This document shows, piece by piece, positions 52,987 to 64,000 of a DNA stretch of 64,000 nt. The stretch is from Chrysomallon squamiferum (lineage: Eukaryota > Animalia > Mollusca). Every line of letters starts with the position of its first letter. Position 1 is the first letter of the stretch. The DNA lies in assembly GCA_012295275.1 (NCBI GenBank), contig CM022677.1:27838001-27902000 (forward strand). Direction: 5' to 3'. The notes under the pieces were generated by a model. It made no database searches, had not been told where the DNA came from, and saw only the letters and a list, made by a program, of their open reading frames with translations. The position numbers and the translations under genes are program-made.

Positions 52987-53598
52987 CTAAGTAAGAAGAT
53001 GATTTATAAATTAATACACTTTTAAATTAAATCGATTTATTATCTGTTATGGATATTTAATTTAATTAATGTTAATTTGGTCACTGTTATTATTACTGTT
53101 TGGAGGGGTTCTTTAGTGTGGTTTTTTTTTTTTTTTTTTTTGGGGGGGGTGGGGTTGTTTGTTTGTTTTTGTTTTTTGTTTTTTTGTTAATTCTGAATGT
53201 TTTGGTAGCTTAGTTGTAGTCTTTTCTTTTCTTTTTTTTTCCCCAGAAAACAATTATAGTAAAATTAATAATAAAATTTTACTATTATAATCCTTTTTGT
53301 TGGAAACATAAAAATGAAATAATTGGCATTTTTCTTTATTTTTTTTTTCTTTTTTTTTTCTTTTTTTTTTCTTACGACTGGCTATATCTCTGTAAAACAA
53401 AATGCGTACGATGAATATATTTTTAAACAATTAATTTATTATTAATTTTTACTGATTCATGATTTTTTTTTTTTTTTTTTTTTCAACATTATTATAATTC
53501 TTTTTTACCATATTCAAATTATGATTATTATTGTTATTTTATTTTCTATAATTTTTATTTTTTTTTTTTTTTTTTTTTTTTTTTGGTTTGCTTTTTAA

Positions 53599-53681
<83 letters not shown>

Positions 53682-54204
53682 CAGACAATTTCTTTTCTTT
53701 TTTCTGTCACACAGAAACCTTTTCATTATAATTTAACTGTTTTATTCTCACCTAATATTTCATTCTACTGACGTTTATTATTATTACTATTCAGTTATAA
53801 ACACATTCGTTTTTTATTAAATTTATTTTTTCCCTATAAATTGGTATCACTTTCCGCACAGAGATATATCACTGTGGGTTCTGGTAAGAATATTAACAGT
53901 ACAACGAAATCGTCAAAGTGTTAAAACGAGAGAATTGAGACGGTGACTTTTACAAGAAAATGATTCTTACTCTTTCACTGCTTTCAGTTTTATTTCTCAG
54001 CAATGGTGAAAGTAAGGGTAAGTTAACACATTTTATTATTTGGCTGTGTAAAAATTAAGTGAGAATCTCATTTTTATTTGTTAATATAATTTGATAATAT
54101 ATGTATATTTGGATTCTATGTACACGAGTTTAATTATTTATAAAAGTTTTGGTGGTTTTTTTTATTCCATATATACCTATATACCTACATACACACACAC
54201 ACAC

Positions 54205-54243
<39 letters not shown>

Positions 54244-54514
54244 TGTGTGTTCAGAAAGAGAAATATATTAGATATAGATATGTATGTAGATGATAGATAT
54301 ATAAATAGATTAGATAGATAAATATATACATGAAATATACATACAGGTATATAGGTATACGACTACAGATCATAGATATAGACGTAGGTATTCGCCGATT
54401 ATAAATATAGAGAGAAATTAACAGAGAGATATAGTGATAGATATTATAGATACAGGTGTATATGACTGATAATTAAACATACAAACATACATACATACAT
54501 ACATACATAAATAC

Positions 54515-54551
<37 letters not shown>

Positions 54552-54552
54552 C

Positions 54553-54605
<53 letters not shown>

Positions 54606-54658
54606 GACAGAGACAGAGACAGAGAGTCAGAAGACAGTCTGACAAATGTAACTAATTT

Positions 54659-54858
54659 NNNNNNNNNNNNNNNNNNNNNNNNNNNNNNNNNNNNNNNNNN
54701 NNNNNNNNNNNNNNNNNNNNNNNNNNNNNNNNNNNNNNNNNNNNNNNNNNNNNNNNNNNNNNNNNNNNNNNNNNNNNNNNNNNNNNNNNNNNNNNNNNNN
54801 NNNNNNNNNNNNNNNNNNNNNNNNNNNNNNNNNNNNNNNNNNNNNNNNNNNNNNNNNN
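54659..54858. other. Assembly gap (200 N)
   Basis: Run of N; contiguity across it is not guaranteed. Confidence 1.
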
Positions 54859-54870
54859 AGAGAGATCAGA

Positions 54871-54960
<90 letters not shown>

Positions 54961-54979
54961 CCAGAGAGAGAGAGTTTAC

Positions 54980-55644
54980 AGATTGTGCTGAGAGAGACTA
55001 GAGACTTTTCTCTAAACAATCGATTTCCTTTTGTAGCATTATCATTCTGTATCGACATTTGAATAAAGCATTAATACTGAGAAGCTGAATGTTATTTCAA
55101 GAAAGTACTGAAATTGTACGTACATGTCTTAATAAAAATATTTATTAAACTTTATAATGAAAAAGAATAGAAAACGATTTTCAGTTTCGGAACTAATATC
55201 ACTATTTTTAAATTCAAACTCTGATTGTTGGCTTTTGTAAAAATTACTTGAGATGTTAGCTTGAAATTTTAGGCTATGACGAACTAATTTAAATCAAAAT
55301 GTTAAAATATAACATTAATGCAAAATAAAAGTCTATAATACAGTTATCAAAGTAATTTTTACAGTGACTCTCTCTCAAGCTAAACATATTATATAACAAC
55401 AACATTATTCAATAGAAAATTCGGACTTAATTAGAAGTGTAAAAAATAGTTACGTTTCTCAACATATTTTAAAGCAGTCCAATGTAAGTATTATTTTTAA
55501 AACAGAGTGGTTCGTGCACACAATGATACAAATAAATTGTTCTCACCTGTACAGACATTTCTTGTCATCTTTGTGATATTCCCAAGTTTCTGAGAGCTGG
55601 AAGTAAACGGATACAGTGAAGACTAATAAGCAAATCAGCTTCAT
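54980..55644 (-). pseudogene. Gene E': inverted paralog of gene E (exons 55547-55644 and 54980-55046), possibly damaged and cut by the gap
   Basis: Exon 1 differs from gene E at 2 of 98 nt. The exon 2 homologue has TAG in the frame that continues from exon 1. TATAAATA at 55686-55693. Confidence 0.6.
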
Positions 55645-57294
55645 CTTGAAGAAAAGTGTTGTGACTACAGAGCAAGCAGTTCACTTATTTATACACAAAA
55701 TAAATTCTTAATTAATATAAAATAAATTATAAACAGTTTGACTTCTGTCAGTCAGTTTGGTTATTAACACGTGTTGTTGTTGTAAAATTAGTTTGAAGAC
55801 AGCAATCACACAGAAAATAAAAACAGTTTGACTTCCTCTCATTTCGTATCTTCTGGTATATCAAAACTGCACGTGTCATTTTGATTAAATTTGGTTAATT
55901 CTGTTAGAAAGAGAAAAATTAAAATCACTAACAACCACAGAAACAACAACAACAACTGCTGCTAATAGTGGAGGAATTACAACGCTTACTATGAAAATTA
56001 TTTTTGCTCATGCTGCAACTACTACCACTACTTCAACTAATCAGATTTTACTGCTGTCACTAACAATATAATTATTTAATTATTTATTTCTTTATATTAC
56101 TTACCAAATAGGTATCTATGTATGAACTTACATACGTGATATACAAAATTATAAATTAAATACACACGGGTACTTGAAGTAGTATTATTTATTAGTAGAA
56201 ATATGAGTAGTAATGAAACTGGTAGAAATAGTAGAAGTAATAGTAGGAGTAATATTGGCAGCTGAGTAGAAGTAATAGTAAAAGTAATATTGGCAGTTGA
56301 AAAAGTGTTTAAAATATTGATTATTGCTGATTTTGTTTTTCTTTCAGCCTCGACCAGAACAAATAACAAGTAGGAGTTCTCTAGATATAATTGTAAATAG
56401 CAAATAAAATCAACTCAAACTGTTTTTAGTTGAAGTCTGTTTTTGATTCACAGAGAATTGGACACTTTGTTCAAACTCACAAATTTAAATAGATTATGAA
56501 CAGATTCAATTATGTCACGTTAATCAATTTGTGTTGTTCTTCTGTTCACACACAAAAGAAAATGTTAAATAATTTACAATCAAGTATGAACAGATTCAGT
56601 TCTGACGGGTGACCTTGGCTATTCACATTTGTCGTTGTTGTAAAATTGGCTTCAAGACAGAAATCATAGAAAATAAAACTGTCTGTTTGACAGCCGCTCA
56701 TTTTTTTCCACTGCTTTTTATAACAAAACTACACATGTCATTCTAATTAACGGTTTCTAACTCAGAGTGAAAACAGTTAATGAAAACATCACTTCTGAAA
56801 TTTTGATATATTTCTACTACTATGATTGAAACTACCAGTACTACTATTTTCTGTTACAACAACTACTACTACTGTCTCATAACAGAGACAGAACCGTCCA
56901 AAATTAAAATAAATCAAAACTTTTACGTCATTAAAAAAAAAATTGATTTTCTGTATAAATAACCTAATTATTATGGGATATTTTAGTGATGAACGTCTCC
57001 AGATTGATTTACTGGTAGATCGTTCTGGACTCGAGTTGAACTCTGCAATGTTTAAATTAAACACAGTTTGATCTGTGGTCATTTGCTAACATACAATTAT
57101 ATCCACACAACAAGTGTCTCCAAACAATTATCTGTAGTCAAAACATGAAACATTCTACCTAACAACAATTAAACATACACAATGACACACACAGTCTTCA
57201 TATATCTGTATATTCCAAATTGTGAATAAGAAATTATTATCAGATATTTGAGGACACACACATTTAACTGCTCATTTCACAGACCCTCATACAC

Positions 57295-58170
57295 ACACAC
57301 AGTTCCAAACATATTCAGACACGACCTCAAGTCCACAGTTCCAAACATATAAAACAGTTTGAAACATTAATTTCCATATTTACTGTTCCAAACCCACACA
57401 ACACAGTTCCAAACATATACAGTCACAAAGTTCCAAACATAGACAAACAGTTCCAAACATAACAACAGTTAAACATAATTGTTTAGTTCCAAACATATAC
57501 ACAATTGTTCCTGTTTTCTACTACAGTTCCAAACATTCAAACAGACTATTCCAAACATGTTCAGACACAGTTCCAAATATACAAAAATATATTCCAAATA
57601 TATCTTTAGTAGTTCCAAACTATTCAGACACAGTTCCAAACATTCACACAGTTCCAAAAGCATATACAGACACAGTTCCAAACTAAGTCGTAGTTCCAAA
57701 CATATTCACACACAGTTCCAAACATATTCAGACACAGTTTTAAACATTCACACACACAGTTCCAAACATATTAACACAGTTCCAAAATTAATTATGACAT
57801 TCCAAACATATACACACAATTTCAAACATATTCAGACACAGTTCCAAACATTCATAAACACAGTTCCAAACATATACAGACACAGTTCCAAACATACACA
57901 CAGGTTCCAAACATAACAGTTACTGGTTTATTCAGACTTGTTCCAAACATGGTATTCATAGATGTTCCAAACATAGTAGTGACAGTTCCAAACATTACAC
58001 ACACAGTTCCAAACATATGTAGACACAGTTCCAAACATCACACAATTCCAAACATATACAGACAAGTTCCAAATAACACACACAGTTCTTGGTATATACA
58101 GATACATTCCAAACACACACAAACTGTTTTAACATTTACAGTTCTGTGTGATTGCTGTCTTCCAAACATA
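57295..58170. repeat. Degenerate short-period repeat built on cagttccaaacat
   Basis: Dozens of copies with variable spacers. Confidence 0.85.
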
Positions 58171-59917
58171 CATACACAACAAAGACAGGTCTTTAACTTC
58201 ACCATCATTGAGTGCAAATTGATTTGAAGGTGATTTTCGAGAACAGTTCAACTCAGCAGTGTTCAAATTAAAAACAGTTTGAGTTCTGTTAATTTGATAT
58301 TTACAATGAAATGTACAACCTGTGTCCATAGTTATCTGCTGTCAAGTTTGAAACAAAATCAAAATCAACAACAGTTAATTTAGTAAAGGTGGTTTCTAGT
58401 ACTACTATTACTACAGTTACTACCACAACAACTATTACTACAGTTACTACCACTAAGACTATTACTACAGTTACTACCACTTTACCCATTAACTGTTCTA
58501 CTACTACTACTTCTATTTATTGATGTTTCTATTTGTAGTACTGTCACAACTAAACTACTGTTATTTTTATTCAGAAGAGTACTACTACTACTTTTACGTC
58601 TATCACTTTTTGTAATTGTTGTACGACAACAACTACTCAGACTATTTTGGTTTTAAATATATTTCTAGAAGATATTTCTCAAATGATAATGAAATGCTTT
58701 TAGTAAACTGAATTCCAAGAATACATCAATTTATTTCAGTGGAAAACGTTTAATTGCATTCATTGGTAAATTTAAGTGTTCAAATCTTTCCACATCGTTA
58801 TTGCCAATACGTCTTTTTAATGAAAAGTAAAAAATACATTCTAATTTCTACGCCATTAAACCTTTCTGCAAAACAAGAACTATTAATTAAGAAATTATTA
58901 TGGGATATGTGAAAGCTGAACACATTTAACTGCTCATTTCAAGACCCTCATTGATTTAGAGGTCAAATGCTGGGACACGAGCTGAAGTTCACAGTCTCCA
59001 AATTAAAAACAGTTTGAGTTGTGTTAATTTCATATTTACTGTTATATCCAAACAACACGTGTCTGTAAGTATCTGCAGTCAAGGCTGAAAGAAAAGCGAA
59101 AACAACAACAGTTAATATTTTAATTTTATTATTCTAATACAAAACTACAATTGTTGCTGTTTCACTGTTGAACCAGTACCATTATGCTATTAATCATGTT
59201 CTAACATTTTTTCAGTAGAAAAATATATATTATATCTATCTTTAGTAGATGCACTGGTCCTAGTAGCAGTTTTGTAGTTGCAAAAGCAACGTTAGTAAAA
59301 CTAAGTCGTAGTATAAGAATACGAATTCCACCAGTAGCAGTTGTGCTGGAAGTAGTTTTAGTTGCTGTATTTGTTCTCATATACTAATAGTTGTATAATT
59401 AACTATGATATAGTTGTGCTAATTGCAATAGTATTGATAGTCATACTGATAACTGTGGTATAATAGTAATTCCACCAGTTGCAACATTAGTAATAGTTGC
59501 TTCTTTTGTGGTTGTTGTAACAGTGGTATTCATTGCTGTTGTTGTCGTAGAAGTTACAGTACTGTACATTAGTCGTAGTAGTTGTTGATTTGTTATTATA
59601 TCTGAATTAACAACAGTTAATTAAAATGACAGGTATATTCTTGGTATAATAGTAGATACCAAACTGTTTCTAATTTATTCAGAAGGGTCCGTGTAGATTA
59701 TAACAGGAAACGCAATCAGCAGAAGTCAAACCGTTTCTAATTTATTTTCTGTGTGATTGCTGTCTTCAAACTAATTTTACAACAACGACACGTGTTAATA
59801 ACCAAATTGACAGCAAGAAGTCAAACTGTTTATAATTTATTTTATATTAATTAAGAATTTATTTTGTGTATAAATAAGAGAACTACTTGCTCTATAGTCA
59901 CAATAATTTTCTTCAAG

Positions 59918-61421
<1,504 letters not shown>

Positions 61422-61556
61422 GTAACTAGGCAACACTTTCAAAAATATTTTTTTTATTTTCTTTCTTACCAATGTTTACTATAAAGCAGATTATACCAGT
61501 ATTAAAATAATCAAACCGAACACGAGTATATCAGCGAGAATACATCAAAGGACTCC

Positions 61557-64000
61557 TCTGTAGTTGCTAAATGTAGAAGTAAAAACTGTACTGTAGTTGT
61601 TAAATGTAGAAGTAAACACTGTACTGTAGTTGTTAAATGTAGAAGTAAACACTGTACTGTAGTTGTTAAATGTAGAAGTAAACACTGTAGTGTAATTGTA
61701 AAAATATACAAGTAAAGACTGTACTGTAGTTGTTAAATGTAGAAGTAAACACTGTACTGTAGTTGCTAAACGTAGAAGTAAACACTGTACTGTAGTTGTT
61801 AAATGTAGAAGTAAACACTGTACTTTAGTTGTTAAATGTAGAAGTAAACACTGTACTGTAGTTGTTAAATGTAGAAGTAAACACTGTACTGTAGTTGTTA
61901 AATGTAGAAGTAAACACTGTACTGTAACTGTAAAAATATACAAGTAAACATTGGACTGTAGTTGCTAAATGTACAAGTAAAGACTTATACTATAATTATT
62001 AAATGTACAAGTAAAGACTGTACGGTTGTTGTTAAATGTACAAGTAAACACTGTACTGTAGTTGTTAAACGTACAAGTAAACACTGTACCGTAACTGTTA
62101 AATGTACAAGTAAACACTGTACTGTAGTTGTTAAATGTACAAGTAAACACTGTACTGTAGTTGTTAAATGTACAAGTAAAGACTGTACTGTAGTTGTTAA
62201 ATGTACAAGTAAAGACTGTACTGTAGTAGTTAAATGTAAAAAGTAAAGACTGTACTGTAACTGTTAAATGTACAAGTAAACACTGTACTGTAACTGTTAA
62301 ATGTACAAGTAAACACTGTACTGTAACTGTTAAATGTACAAGTAAACACTGTACTGTAACTGTTAAATGTACAAGTAAACACTGTACTGTAACTGTTAAA
62401 TGTACAAGTGAACACTGTACTGTAGTTGTTAAATGTACAAGTAAACACTGTACTGTAACTGTTAAATGTACAAGTAAAGACTGTACTGTAGTTGTTAAAT
62501 GTACAAGTAAAGACTTCACTGTAATTCTTAAATGTACAAGTAAAGACTTCAGTATAATTGTTAAATGTACAAGTAAAGACTGTACTGTAGTAGTTAAATG
62601 TACAAGTAAAGACTTCAGTATAATTGTTAAATGTACAAGTAAACACTGTACTGTAACTGTCTAATGTACAAGTAAAGACTGTACTGTAGTTGTTAAATGT
62701 AAAAGTAAACACTGTACTGTAACTGTTAAATGTACAAGTGAAGACTTTACTGTAACTGTTAAATGTACAATTGAAGACTGTACTGTAATTGTTAAATGTA
62801 CAAGTGAAGACTGTACTGTAACTGTTAAATGTACAAGTAAAGATTGTACTGTAGTTGTGAAATGTACAAGTGAAGACTGTACTGTAACTGTTAAATGTAC
62901 AAGTAAAGACTGCACTGTAGTTGTTAAATGTACAAGTGAAGACTGTACTGTAACTGTTAAACGTACAAGTAAACACTGTACTGTAACTGTTAAATGTACA
63001 AGTAAAGACTGCACTGTAGTTGTTAAATGTACAAGTAAAGACTGTACTGTAGTTGTTAAATGTACAAGTAAAGACTGAACTGTAACTGTTAAATGTACAA
63101 GTAAAGATTGTACTGTAACTGTTAAATGTACAAGTAAAGATTGTACTGTATTTGTTAAATGTACAAGTAAACACTGTAGTGTTACTGTTAAATGTACAAG
63201 TAAAGACTGTACTGTAGTTGTTAAATGTACAAGTAAAGACTGTACTGTAGTTGTTAAATGTACAAGTAAACACTGTACTGTAACTGTTAAATATACAAGT
63301 AAAGACTGTACTGTAGTTGTTAAATGTACAAGTAAAGACTGTACTGTAGTTGTTGAATGTACAAGTAAACACTGTACTGTAACTGTTAAATATACAAGTA
63401 AAGACTGTACTGTAGTTGTTAAATGTACAAGTAAAGACTGTACTGTAGTTGTTAAATGTACAAGTAAACACTGTACTGTAACTGTTAAATGTACAAGTAA
63501 TGACTGTACTGTAACTGTTAAATGTACAAGTAAAGACTGTACTGTAGTTGTTAAATGTACAAGTAAAGACTGTACTGTAGTTGTTAAATGTACAAGTAAA
63601 CACTGTACTGTAACTGTTAAATGTACAAGTAAAGACTGTACTGTAGTTGTTAAATCTACAAGTAAACACTGTACTGTAATTGTTAAATGTACAAGTAAAG
63701 ACTGTACTGTAGTTGTTAAATGTACAAGTAAAGACTGTACTGTAGTTGTTAAATGTACAAGTAAACACTGTACTGTAGTTGTTAAATGTACAAGTAAAGA
63801 CTGTACTGTAGTTGTTAAATGTACAAGTAAACACTGTACTGTAACTGTTAAATGTACAAGTAAACACTGTACTGTAGTTGTTAAATGTACAAGTAAACAC
63901 TGTACTGTAGTTGTTAAATGTACAAGTAAAGACTGTACTGTAGTTGTTAAATGTACAAGTAAACACTGTACTGTAACTGTTAAATGTACAAGTAAAGACT
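61557..64000. repeat. 33-bp tandem satellite (tgtactgtagttgttaaatgtacaagtaaa(g/c)ac), running off the window; probably an intron of gene E
   Basis: Highly regular tandem copies; the 11-aa periodic ORFs on both strands reflect this. Confidence 0.97.

Noticed and set aside
62230-63966. 578-aa ORF with an 11-aa period (STVFTCTFNNY)
   Set aside because: It is the translation of a 33-bp satellite that is open by chance. It has no signal or splice context and lies antisense in the probable gene E intron.

Overview
AT-rich, microsatellite-dense eukaryotic genomic DNA, probably molluscan judging from the protein families. Almost all long ORFs in the supplied track are simple-repeat artefacts. Reading GC-richer islands with GT-AG boundaries by hand gives six intron-containing genes. 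All begin with a signal-peptide exon and are arranged as three head-to-head pairs. Pair 1 is two paralogous secreted proteins with divergent thrombospondin type-1 (TSP1)-like repeats: gene B (minus, about 1.6-8.6 kb) and gene A (plus, 16.9-25.6 kb). An inverted near-identical copy of one gene A exon lies between them. Pair 2 is gene C (minus, 27.5-34.7 kb), a C-type lectin with a stalk built from an array of 39-nt symmetric micro-exons, and gene D (plus, 37.2-51.5 kb), a mosaic SP-EGF-EGF-ZP-N-mucin-CTLD-CTLD gene with an apparent 1-bp frameshift in its mucin exon. Pair 3 is an inverted duplicate: gene E (plus, 59.9 kb onward) encodes a secreted Sushi/CCP protein, and copy E' (minus, 55.0-55.6 kb) looks damaged and runs into a 200-N gap. 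Several minisatellites are also present. All models are manual and unconfirmed by transcripts or database searches.
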